A stretch of 64,000 nucleotides of DNA from Macrostomum lignano (lineage: Eukaryota), in the NCBI GenBank assembly GCA_002269645.1, contig NIVC01003259.1:44950-108949 (forward strand), written 5' to 3'. Positions 13,152 through 23,805 of the stretch are shown here, one piece after another. Under the pieces are notes generated by a model. The model ran no database searches. It was given only the letters and a program-made list of their open reading frames with translations, and was not told the DNA's origin. The position numbers and the translations under genes are program-made. Within the stretch, counting starts at the first letter, position 1. Every line of letters begins with the position of its first letter.

Positions 13152-13470
13152 GTGGCAGAGCAGGACTCAAGCGAGTTTTCAGAGTCCGATTGTGACTGCT
13201 GGTCAGAATCAGAGAGAGAAGATAATTGGTCTGAATCAAGTTCCGGGGCAGACTACTCGGAGAGTGATTTCGATGGGCTCTCTGAAACCGACACCAACAA
13301 CACTAAGCAAGATTGTGCTAGTAGCGGTTCCAGTCTGATCGACACCGGCGGTGGTAGTGCAGGAAGCGACACCGGCGGCGGCAGTGCAGGAAGCGACACC
13401 GGCGGCGGCAGTGCAGGAAGGGAACTCAGCTTGATCGAAAACAACGGTGCCAGCAATATTCATCCTTATC
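13152..13470 (+). CDS. Acidic/Ser-rich ORF segment, candidate first exon of the PolB gene
   Basis: Ends at a GTGAGT donor (13471) whose phase matches the ttttcattttAG acceptor at 13653. The start codon is uncertain. Confidence 0.35.
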
Positions 13471-14815
13471 GTGAGTCAACAACATTTTTAATTTCAGCCT
13501 TAAGTTATTTAATTCCTGGGTGCATTCGAAGTTTTGTATTTAAAAATCGAGAAATTCGATTTAAGTGTGCTTATTGAGTCTAAATTTCATTACCATGGAA
13601 TACCATCCTTTGAGTAACAGAAAATAAGCAAAGCTGTTAATTTTTCATTTTAGACATTCAGCAAGTAGCAAGTGCGCACAACGAAACCCTGGTGGTGTAT
13701 CGAATTTCCGTGCCAAGCGATGCACCATGTGACCCATTTGAACTCGCCCGACGGAGCAGGGAAGCAATACAGCGAATTTTATTCGAGAAGATGGTGAATC
13801 CAAATCTTTTAGTTAGAGCGCAGCTAAAAATGAGCATCCGAATGAACAGAATCCAAGCTGGTGAAGTGGTGAACCAGGAAGAAAGATGGGTAAGCACTCG
13901 TTTGCAACCTGTCAATGACGCCGCTTGCTTTGATGATTGGTGGAAACAGCAGATTGATGGTTGCGAAGGCATCATTGAGAAGATGAACACAAATGGCAGT
14001 GGTTGGGTGATTGTGCGCGTCAACTGCATCGACTTGAACATTGCGGTTGGTCAAAGACTGCGCTTCTACTCTGGTCACGCAAGCAATTTTGAATTACCTC
14101 CTCTGCTGAAAGCAAAAAAAGCCGTCATCAATCCTCCTAGTACTGGCTCTGATTGTTTTTTGTATGCCTGCCTTGCAGTGCTGCATCACGGTGATGAGAA
14201 TTTGAGGAAAAACCCTCAAAGGCTTTCTACTTACAAGGACTGGTTGAACGATATCAATCTTTCAGGAATTTCCTTACCCGTTGGACTTAACCAGCTAAAT
14301 CGAATCGAATTACTGAACCCAAGGTTATGTTTTGTAGTTTTTTTCTTGGTCAAGCAGTAACGGTGTCAGTGTGCTGAGGCAGCCACGAGTTGAAGTCGCA
14401 TGCAGTCGCAAAGTAGTTCTTCTCCTACTATTGAACAAATCAGCTAACAAGGATGAAGAGGATAAACACTGGTGCGGAATTGCGAGCCTTGATAGGCTAC
14501 TAAACAGTAAAAGCGGTCTTTACCACAGAAAATGGTGTGAACGCTGCTTGAGCTCTTTCGTAACTGATCAGAAGCTAAGTGAGCACAGAGAGCAGTGCTA
14601 TCGCTTTAATGAGTTTGCTGTCAGGGAACGAGTTCCTACTGAGAAGCGCAGCGTGCTGTCTTTTCAAAACTACTTCAAAACTATTGAAGCACCGTTCGCT
14701 ATCTATGCTGATATTGAAGCATTTAATTCTCCGCTAGGCCCCCACACTCGAGAGGTCATGCATCAGAAGGTTAAGGAAATGGAGGTCAGCGACAATGAGC
14801 AAGTCTGCAGCACAC

Positions 14816-14817
<2 letters not shown>

Positions 14818-14898
<81 letters not shown>
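14818..14898. repeat. (AGC)27 microsatellite at the LINE 5' junction
   Basis: Pure trinucleotide run, in frame with polB (poly-Ser). Confidence 0.95.
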
Positions 14899-14901
<3 letters not shown>

Positions 14902-14904
14902 CAT

Positions 14905-17900
14905 ACCGCCAGTCAGCGCCCAAAGACCTGCCGGCGAAATCACCGAAAACAACCCACTGGAGCGCATCCCGACCACTAATCGCACTATTATCGGAGGCGA
15001 CTTCAACGCCCACGGCGCTTGGGATAACCACATGGAGGAGGACGAGCGAGGACAGCGCGTCGAGGAATGGGCAACCAGAAATGGGCTGGCTATCTGCAAC
15101 AGCAATGCTCATACCAGGACTAGCCCCGCCACCGGCAAACGGTCAACCCCGGACATTACCTGCGTTTCCGGCTCCTTGGCCGAAACGGTCACACGCAGCT
15201 GGAGGACTGGACCAGACTGCGGTAGCGATCACCTCCCGATCCTGTTCAACGCCGCGGCGCCCCGCCCTGCGCACAAACCAGGCCCCCCCCGCTGGAACTT
15301 TCGCAAAGCGAACTGGACAACCTACAAGTCGGAACTCCAGGCCAACCATTGCGCCCAACAGCCCAACCCTATTGGATCAGTGGCGAACGCCATGACCATT
15401 GACCAGGAAGCCGAAGCGCTCAGCAGCATGATCCTGAAGGCAGCACATAAGAGCATCCCGAGAGGCAGCACGGCGGGACGTCGGGCCCCATTCTGGTCCG
15501 AAGCCTGCTCAAATGCTTGCGCGGAAATCCAAGCTGCCCGGTCCCAAGCTGAGGAACTACAGACCCAAGAGGCCATTACAGCCTTCAACAGAGCCCGTCA
15601 CCAAGCCGCCAAGGTCATCAGGAAAGAGCGCCGCGATCACCTCGAACAACGCGCGGAAGCGCTCGATGCCAACTCTGACCTTTTTAAGCTGCTCAGATCT
15701 ATGCGCGGCGAAGCGCCCACGGGACGCGACCCTGCGGCAGTTAGCAGCCAGGCCTCCGGCAATCGCCCGGCGCGCACCTGCAACTCCGATAAAGAAAAGG
15801 CAAATCTCTTCTGCCAGCTTTATGCCGAGGTTAGCAGGGTTGAACGACGGGCGAGTGACGCAGCCATCCGCTACGAAGCCAACAGCGGCCTCCGGCAGTC
15901 CGAAGAGGAGGCCCAAGACCCGACCGCGGCCGACTTCACGCTGGGCGAACTCCGCACCGCGCTCCGTAAATTGAAGTCCGGTAAGGCGGCCGGCCCGGAT
16001 GGCGTCAGCAACGAAATGCTTAAGCACCTACCAGCGGAGATCGACGAACGCCTGCTGCACCTCATCAACCGCAGCTGGAAAGACGGCTCCACGCCGAACA
16101 GCTGGCGCCGAGCGTTCATCATCCCAGTGCCAAAAAAGGGGAAGGACCCAAAACTCCCGAGCAGCTATCGACCGGTCGCGCTTACGAGCTGCATCGCCAA
16201 GTGCGCCGAACGTATGGTGCTAGCCAGACTCAACTGGACGCTAAAAACCAAGAACCTCCTGACGCCCTGCCAGGCTGGCTTCCGCCGACACCGCGGCTGC
16301 GACGAGCAGATAGCCAGGATATGTCAGGATATTTTCGACGGCCTCGAATCGCAGCCTCCCATCCGCAGCATTCTTGCCCTGTTAGACTTCTGTCGCGCCT
16401 ACGACATGGTTTGGAGAGCAGCGCTTTATGCCAAGATGCTCCGCATGGGGATCAACCGCCGCATCATCAGATGGGTCCGCGGTTTCCTCTGCCAACGCAG
16501 GGCAGCGGTGAAGTGGAACGCTGCCACCAGCCGCGAGCGCTGCTTCAGGGAAGGACTGCCACAGGGCAGCGTCCTCGCACCTACGCTCTGGAACTGCTAC
16601 ATTAACGACCTACCGAAAGCCATCTCGCGGGCAGCCCCTCAATCAGCAGTCAGCCTTTACGCAGATGACTCGGCCATCCTCTGCTCAGCCACTACTCTTC
16701 AGCGCTGCGCAATCAATCTTCAACCGGCCCTTGACGCAGCCGCAGAATGGTGCCGCCGGTGGAAGGTCGAACTTAGCCCCAACAAGTGCTGTTTCACGAC
16801 CTTTTCGCTGGCACCCAACGAGACCAATGGGAAAGTTCGCCCGCACCTCAGCATCTGCGGCGAGCCTCTGCAGTTTGAGCTACACCCGACTTTCCTCGGC
16901 GTCAAACTTGATGGCCAGCTAACGTTCCAACACCATGCGGCGGATATCCGCCGCCGCATGGCAGTCCGCCGACGGCCCCTCGCCGCCCTGGCGACTCGTA
17001 GCGGCGGCGCCTCCTTCCACGTCCTCCGCACTGCCTACGTCGCCACCGTGCGTGCTATTGCCGACTACGCCTGCGGAATCTGGGGTGCCTTTGCGGCGCC
17101 GAGCAGCAGGCTTCTCATCGAACGGCAACAGTTTTGCTGCGCCAGGATCATCTCGGGGTGCATTAAGCCCACGAACGTCAGGGCGCTCCTCGCGGCCGTA
17201 GACCTGCCGCCCATCGGACACCTGATCCTGGAGAGAGCGGCGACCTTGCGGGAACGGGCTCTGAGGCTGCCCGGGGAGGTCCCGGTGCACCAGACTGCCG
17301 CTAGATCCTGCCCGCCCCGCCTGAAAACCCGTGCTCACGAGGCGTGGCTACGGGAGCAACACCCGGTGGATGACCGGGTCCTGCTGGAGAGCGACTACCG
17401 CAGGCCTTTCCGTGGTTGCTGGAGGCGCGCCGCACTGGAGCTCGGCATCAACGCCCTCGAGCCTGCGGGGAAGCGCGCCCCCTTCCCGATGCCCGAGCCG
17501 CCATGGCAGTCACCCAGCGAAGTCAGCTTCGACACCAGCCTGCAGGTCACCTGCGGCCGCAAAGTGCCGGACAGCATCAGACGGGAGAGAGCCATCAACG
17601 CCCTGGAATCCAGACCTCAACACGATATCGTCATCTGGACTGACGGCAGCGCAACGGATGGCTGCCGGGACGGCCGTGGCGCGGCCGTCCTGCACACCCT
17701 CCTGTGGGGCGAAGTTCACACGACAGCCGCTGGCTCCATCTGCAGCAGCACGACGGCGGAGCTAGCGGCTATAGCTCTAGGCATCCGCCGCTGCCTACAG
17801 CTTCAGAAACCACACGGGGGCAGCATCGACATTCTCACGGACAGCATGGCGGGCATCCTCACCCTGCAGCGCGGGCCAGCTGACCAACGCGAGCCCATGG

Positions 17901-18466
17901 GACAGCTGGTGTGGAGCCTGCTCAGTCAAGAAGCTCGCCCGGTCCGCTTTACCTGGGTGCCGGCCCTCGTCGGCGTCGATGGCAACGAAAGAGCCGACAA
18001 GGCGGCGAACCGGGCTTCGGACCTGACGCAGGACCAGCCCATCGCCTTCGAAGCCGCCAGGGCTGCCATCAAACGAGCCAGGCGACACCTCGATCTTAAA
18101 CTCTTGAATCGTAGCTCGCCCTGGAAGCGCTACGGCGGCCTGACTCGTGGCGAGACGGTGGCGGTTTGCCAATTGAGGGCCGGCTGCAGCACAGCCTGCG
18201 CGGCCACCCGCTACCGTATCGGCCTTACCGAGACTCCGCTCTGTCCGGACTGCGGAGACGAAGACACAGAAGAGCACCTCCTGCAGCAGTGTCCACGCGG
18301 AGACTCCGCCCGCCTTGCTCACCCTCTCGACCTCAACGACGCGGGCGGAATCTGCCGGTATCTGAGGATGATGGGGCGGCCTGCAGGTCGCCCTCCCCCC
18401 CAGCCGCCGGACAGCGGCGATGCGGGGGCTGCGTAGAAGAAGAAGAAGAAGAAGAAGAAGAAGAAG
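14905..18466 (+). mobile_element. 5'-truncated non-LTR retrotransposon (APE C-terminal part, RT, RNase H, CCHC; I/Ingi-like group) with (AAG)10 tail
   Basis: Open frame of ~1177 codons with 'GDFNAH', 'GSDHLPI', RT 'GLPQGSVLAP...YADD', RNase H 'WTDGS' and 'CPDC...HLLQQC'. The TAG stop runs directly into (AAG)n. TSD cagcagtcat at 14895-14904 and 18467-18476. Confidence 0.93.
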
Positions 18467-20123
18467 CAGCAGTCATGTACAAGCAAGACCAGATGAGGGC
18501 ATGGTAACTGGCAAAACCGTCTTTATTAGCGAGCATCTGCCTGCAGCGGGTGGATTTCTACTCGTTGCTCGTGAAGGCATGAAGGGACCACCACTCAAGG
18601 ATCAAGGTAAGGTGAAGTTGGTTTCCAGTTCGAATCCATTGGAGTGTATGGAAACGTTTCTTCATGAGCTGGAACGCGTAGCTCGAGAAGTCTATGAATG
18701 GAACAGAAGGCACAGCTACCAAACGGCTGAAGCAGACACTATTGCTAGTCATATCTTCAGTGAATCCTCCAACTGTCATTACTGTGATCGACAGTTTACT
18801 GACACTAATGACAAGCACTATGACCATGATCATCTGACTGGAAAATTCAAAGGCTCTGCATGTTCACGGTGTAACAAATTAGCGCAACTTCGCCGAAGAT
18901 TTCTGCCGATTTTCTTCCATAATCTCCGAAATTATGACATGCACCACCTGTTTTCAACAGCGTTAGGAAATATGAAAAACTGGAAGCTGAGTGTCATTCC
19001 TCAGACTTCTGAACGCTATATGTCTCTTCGAATAGATTTCCCAATCGCCGAAATCACTCTGCCGAAAGGCAAAAAGAAAACAATTTTCTTCACTCTGCAG
19101 TTCCTCGATTCATTCCAGTTTTTAAACGCGGGTCTAGACAAACTGATTCGCAACTTACCTCTCCAGGACAGAAAATTCACTCAGCAAATGAAAAGCTGCT
19201 TTCCAAAGTTAACTAATGAAACTTTGTCTATCAAGGGAGTCTTTCCCTATGATTTCGTCAAATCCCCCGCGAATTTGGCAGTGACCGAACTTCTGAGCAG
19301 AGAAGATTTTTTCAACTCTCTGACAAAGACAGCTTGCAGTGAGGAGAGCTATGGTCATGCGCGCAAAGCCTGGGAACAGATCGAAGCAAAAAATTTGCAC
19401 GACTACATGCTTGCCTACCTGCAGCTTGACATCCGTCAACTTGCCGATGTTTTTCAGAACTTTCGCCGTTTGAGTCTCCATGATGACGGTCTTGACCCAG
19501 CCCACTACTTTACTACACCAGGTCTATCATTTGATTCCGCGCTGAAATCCGCGCCAACACCGCTCCAGTTGCTCGACGATGCTGAGAAGTACAGACTCTT
19601 TGAGCTTGGCATTCGTGGAGGAATGACCTTCACGAACGTTCATCATGTTACTGCCGGACCAGTCACCAGTCACCAGTCGTCAGATGGTGCAGATTCATCA
19701 AGCGCAGCTTCTAATGCCGAGACAAATTCTTTGCTCCCCGTAGACATGAATAATCTCTACGGGCAAGCGCTGTCCGAAAAACTACCCGTCAGTGACTTTG
19801 AGTGGCTTAGTGAAGAAGAACTGTGTGAATGGACAGAAGAGAAGCTACTTAAATTGGATGACGATGGTCCAGTTGGCTACCTATTTGAGGTTGATTTGGA
19901 ATATCCAGATGTAATCCGCACGCAGACACAAGATTTGCCATTTGCCCCCGAGAAGGCCGCGCCTAAGCTCGAAGAGTTTCCGCCATTTATGAAACGTCTT
20001 TGGGGCGAATTGAACACTCGCAACGAGCCATACAAAGGCTGTGTGAAACTTTTACTCACATGTCATGACAAGGAATCCTACGTCGTACATTTCCGAATTT
20101 TGAAGTTCTACTTGCGTCACGGT

Positions 20124-20302
20124 CAGGGACTACTCAAACACCGGGACGGGAAACTAAGAATTTTTTACGAGGCTGGTCTTTTATCAGCAGTAGAAAATAA
20201 CCATAGACAACAAAGTAACACAGCATCTCTCTAATGAAAATAATTGCCAGCCAGCCTCGTAAAAAAATTTAGTTTCCCGTCCCGGTGTTTGAGTAGTCCC
20301 TG
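20124..20302. mobile_element. 179-bp MITE, hAT-like (TIR starts CAGGG, 8-bp TSD)
   Basis: ~53-bp near-perfect TIRs cagggactactcaaacaccgggacgggaaact... TSD gtcacggt at 20116-20123 and 20303-20310. Excision restores polB 'YLRHG|MRLKK'. Confidence 0.93.
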
Positions 20303-21657
20303 GTCACGGTATGCGACTAAAAAAGGTCCGAAGAGCTATTCGATTTTGTCAAGCTGCAATTTTCCAAGCCTACATTGACAGAAACAGCAAAAAGCGCTCA
20401 GCGGCTACAACGGAATTCGAAAAAGACTATTACAAACTGAAGAATAACTCCCTGTTCGGCAAAACGATGGAAAACGTACGGAAGAGGCTCAGTGTTCGAA
20501 TTTCTAACAATGAGGAGCAGTTCAAAATCTATTCATCGCGTCCGAATCTTAAGGACTTTACGATTGTGACTCAAGACTTTGTAGTTTTTCAATTTTTCAA
20601 GACTTCAGTCACTCTTGACCGCCCAATCTACGTTGGTCAATGTGTTTTAGATGACTCTAAGCTGGCGATGTACCGATTGTACTATGAAAAGCTGAAGCCA
20701 ACATTTGAGAATCCTGCTCTCCAACAAGGAGTTTCCCTATGCGGTGGGGACACCGATTCCTTCTTTCTGTGCTTTAAAAACATCGATGTTCAGAGTGCTG
20801 TTCTACCAGAACTCATTCGCCAGCGATTGCTAGATACCTCAAACTTCCCGGCCGACCATCAATTCCGATCCGATGATCTAAAAGCCAAGTTAGGCTGCAT
20901 AAAGGACGAATCTGCAGGCAATCCCCATCGTGAATGGATCCTTTTGAGACCAAAACTATACTCGATGAAGGCCGAGTCTGGAGGGAAGAAGGCAGCCAAA
21001 GGTGTTCAGAAGAGTGTGCTGCGGGCAGAAATCACACACGATGACTACATGCAGGCGTTTGCCAGTTTGAAGGAGCTTCGCGTCTTGACACGCAGAATCG
21101 CTAGCCGACGACACAGAGTAGTCACTTTAGAGCAACAGAAGCGTGCCCTGACTGTATGGGAGGACAAGCGTGCGTGGACTTCCCCAAACCAAAGTCTTCC
21201 GTATGGGCACTTTGCTCTAAGAGACCCCTGCCGCCACAGCTGCCGCCGTTACAATCGAGAAGCACCTCAACTAGCTGCTGATCAGGCACCCAAGCAAATG
21301 AGGATGCAATAACATACATTTGACTAGTGCGTACTTTTGAATTGAGCATTTGCTCAGCTTTGCATTTTGGCTTTTGGAACGCAATGTACATGTTGTCCGC
21401 ATAAATGCTATAGTACTTTTCTTTAACGTGCAATTGCTTTTTCAAAACTTGCTTAACTTTTATGAGTGTTAGCATTTTCATTTTCTTTCTTTTCCTATGT
21501 TATTTTAATATTAGTATCAATTTTCGCTGTGTTGCAGTTTGCTGACAATTTTTTAGCATCTTTTCTAACCAAAAAATAAAACTAGTAAACAAGGCATATT
21601 AAAGTTTTTTTTCTGCTAGTTCTTGTCGGAAGATTAAAGACGGATTATTATTGTGCT

Positions 21658-22242
21658 TTATTTTAGTTGCATAAGTGTGTTAACACAGCGAAACAGGGAA
21701 GAACGGTCGGATTTTAGCATACGCAGAGATTTCGCCCCACTTAGAATATAAGAAGCATTATGGAAAAGCAAGCATTTACAATACTTAAGTTGACAAACTA
21801 AAGCTGAAAATGTTTCTGGTTCATACTGGGCTTTGGGCAAAACTTTAACAAGTTCAGTAAGCGGTAGCGCATTTTGCAGCTTAAAACGTCCATGAGCAGT
21901 AATAGTTTTAATTGGAACACAAATTGTTTGATGAGGCAGCAGTTGATCCGGCACTCTCCGATGCAGCATAGCCACGAAGCGACGGGCAGCCCTTTTGGCG
22001 TCTGCGTGGGTCTTGGCGCCACAGATGCTCAGTTGCCCAGTAGGGTAGAGTAGCAGAGTCACTCTGGGACTCCGCATCCGCTTGATGAGCACCCGGGGCC
22101 AGACGGGCCGGTAGATCACATGAGCCATGCTGAGAGCCAGTTCCCATAGAGGCAGCTGGGCGCCCCTGCCACCATCCAGTCTCAGATCCACTCCGCCAAC
22201 CAGATTGGTCACTCTTAGGGCTGTAGCTGCAGGTGGACTCAT
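21658..22242 (-). CDS. Divergent intronless TATA-binding-protein-like protein
   Basis: Two TBP repeats: 'LRVTNLVGGVDL...YRPVWPRVLIKRMRSPRVTLLLYPTGQLSICGAK' and 'YEPETFSALV...LLFHNASYILSGAK'. Likely ATG at 22242 (ORF track start 22284 is GTG). Confidence 0.85.
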   Translation of the reverse strand: MSPPAATALRVTNLVGGVDLRLDGGRGAQLPLWELALSMAHVIYRPVWPRVLIKRMRSPRVTLLLYPTGQLSICGAKTHADAKRAARRFVAMLHRRVPDQLLPHQTICVPIKTITAHGRFKLQNALPLTELVKVLPKAQYEPETFSALVCQLKYCKCLLFHNASYILSGAKSLRMLKSDRSSLFRCVNTLMQLK

Positions 22243-22628
22243 TTCGATCCTTGACTTCTTCACCAAATCTTCTGCCAACTTCACTGCCCCTGTGCCACGG
22301 ACACTGCTCGCTTCTTAAGTTGATGCAGAACTTTGGCTTAAGCCAACTGTAGTGCAGCAACGAATTTCTCACTGCACAGCCAGTATCTGAATCTTCAATC
22401 GATGGTGCTCCCAAATCTTCTAGGTTATAAACCTGTCTACCAAGCAGCTCAGTCAGGAAAATAGACTTCCTTTCCCCATTTGTCCAGATCGGACCACTGG
22501 CAATCCCCAGAATGTCTTCCGCCAGTTCCATGTACGGACGGGTTCCATCGTTCCACTTAAACTGGTGCACACTCTTTGATAGCTGTCTGTAGCAAACTCG
22601 AATGTCAGGGGAGACCCTCTCCCATGGA
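21908..22628 (-). pseudogene. 5'-truncated Polinton-associated exonuclease-like (DEDD/RNase H-fold-like) ORF
   Basis: The frame reads PWERV...HQFKWNDGTRPY...TNGERKSIFL...YNLEDLGAP...CAVRN. This resembles a family I recall from Maverick-like elements (PW...HGL.W..G..PY...KG.EK...NLEDLGCP...CA..N). The N-terminus is cut by the right arm, and the 3' part overlaps the TBP-like ORF. Confidence 0.55.
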
Positions 22629-23392
22629 TGCTAATCGCTATTGATTTAAACAAAAAACACTTCTTGGCTTATTGTAAATAAAAAAAGCTAAAGTACAAAT
22701 TAAAGTAAAAAATGTAAGTTAAACTGAATTTTTAAGATACACAATAGCCAAGAATGACCAAGTGACCAAGAATTCGCTTGCTCAACGAGACACAAAAATA
22801 ATGCTGTCATTTTCAATTTTTACAATATATCCTGCTCCAATTACTGGTGGCAGCACCAGTTGCAGTTGGCATCGAGGTACGACATTATTAGCAGCCTCAA
22901 ATTCCCCGTCTCCCAATACCTCCATCAGGGAATCCAATCCAGCCGGTTCTTCAATAATGTTTGGCTGAGCAATCTGTTCACCAATGTTGTTGATGCTTGA
23001 AAGCTGCTCGCCGATGCCTGGAGGCTGCTGCTGCTGCTCGCTGATGCTAGGAGGCTGCTCGCCGATGCCTGGAGGCTGCTGTTGCTGCTCGCCGATGCCT
23101 GGAGGCTGCTGCTGCTGCTCGCTGATGCTAGGAGGCTGCTCGCCGATGCCTGGAGGCTGTTGCTGCTGCTCGCTGATGCTAAGAGGCTGCTCGCCGATGC
23201 CTGGAGGCTGCTGTTGCTGCTCGCCGATGCCTGGAGGCTGCTGCTGCTGCTCGCTGATGCTAGGAGGCTGCTCGCCGATGCCTGGAGGCTGCTGCTGCTG
23301 CTCGCTGATGCTAAGAGGCTGCTGTTGCTGCTCGCTGATGCTAGGAGGCTGCTCGCCGATGCCTGGAGGCTGCTGCTGCTGCCGCTCGCTGA
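22629..23392 (-). repeat. Right inverted arm (mirror of 11599-12680)
   Basis: Reverse-complement match including the rare gagcggcag unit that marks the start of the left arm. The array is shorter than on the left. Confidence 0.95.
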
Positions 23393-23480
23393 TGCTAAGA
23401 GGCTGCTCGCCGATGCATGGAGGCTGCTGCTGCTGTTGTTGTTGTTGTTGTTAGTTGGCCCAAACGCGCCCAGGATCCAT
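22782..23480 (-). pseudogene. Full-length copy of the Gln-rich ORF (MDPGRVWAN*QQQQ...FVSR) with a nonsense codon at position 10
   Basis: ATG at 23480 to TGA at 22782 is 233 codons in frame. The only stop is a TAA directly ahead of a CAA run, a plausible CAA>TAA change. Confidence 0.5.
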
Positions 23481-23715
23481 GCAGAACCTGGCCAGCGCGA
23501 CCAAACCATCAGGGTAATCGGACAAGTTCCGCCGTAGTCAAGCCGGTTATGCAATTGTCCGGGAATTGAGACAGATGAATCATGTTTTCAAATGAACGCA
23601 CACTGAGACGAACAAATATCGCGCTGTAGTGGAGATATTCCTTGCCTCCCTCAACCCTATTCATTTGCAAAATGAATAGCCACTGTTGGCTAGTCTATAT
23701 GATAATATGATAGAA

Positions 23716-23805
23716 GCACGGCTTGCGCGTGCAACAACGCCATAGACACTCGTGCGCTACGCTACGCTACGCAACGCTACGCGTTGTTGCACTTGCAAGC
23801 CGTGC
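23716..23805. other. 25-bp inverted repeat (23/25 Watson-Crick pairs) around a 40-nt loop containing (CTACG)n
   Basis: gcacggcttgcgcgtgcaacaacgc ... gcgttgttgcacttgcaagccgtgc. Confidence 0.85.

Larger units (their letters stand above)
13654..21312 (+). pseudogene. polB: Protein-primed-type family B DNA polymerase (Polinton/Maverick type), in segments 13654-14904, 18477-20123 and 20311-21312
   Basis: N-terminal 'GSGW...KKAVINP...DCFLYA', zinc finger 'CERCLSSF...EHREQC', ExoI 'AIYADIE', EndoVII-like 'CHYC...DHDHLTGKFKGSACSRCN', ExoII 'FHNLRNYD', and polymerase motifs 'DMNNLYG', 'KLKNNSLFGK' and 'GDTDS'. The frame is restored by removing a LINE, a MITE and one T from the T7 run at 14338-14344. 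Confidence 0.9.
11599..23480. mobile_element. Maverick/Polinton-like (pPolB-encoding) element remnant with long inverted arms and a TBP-like gene
   Basis: Inverted arms at 11599-12680 and 22629-23392 enclose a Polinton-type PolB, a TBP-like gene and an exonuclease-like gene. True termini and TSD were not identified. Confidence 0.7.

Noticed and set aside
14795-14904. Poly-Ala N-terminus of the 1213-aa ORF
   Set aside because: Chance read-through from polB sequence and the (AGC)27 run. The LINE begins at 14905.
18420-18476. Poly-Arg start of the 604-aa ORF
   Set aside because: It is the LINE (AAG)n tail plus TSD, not part of polB.
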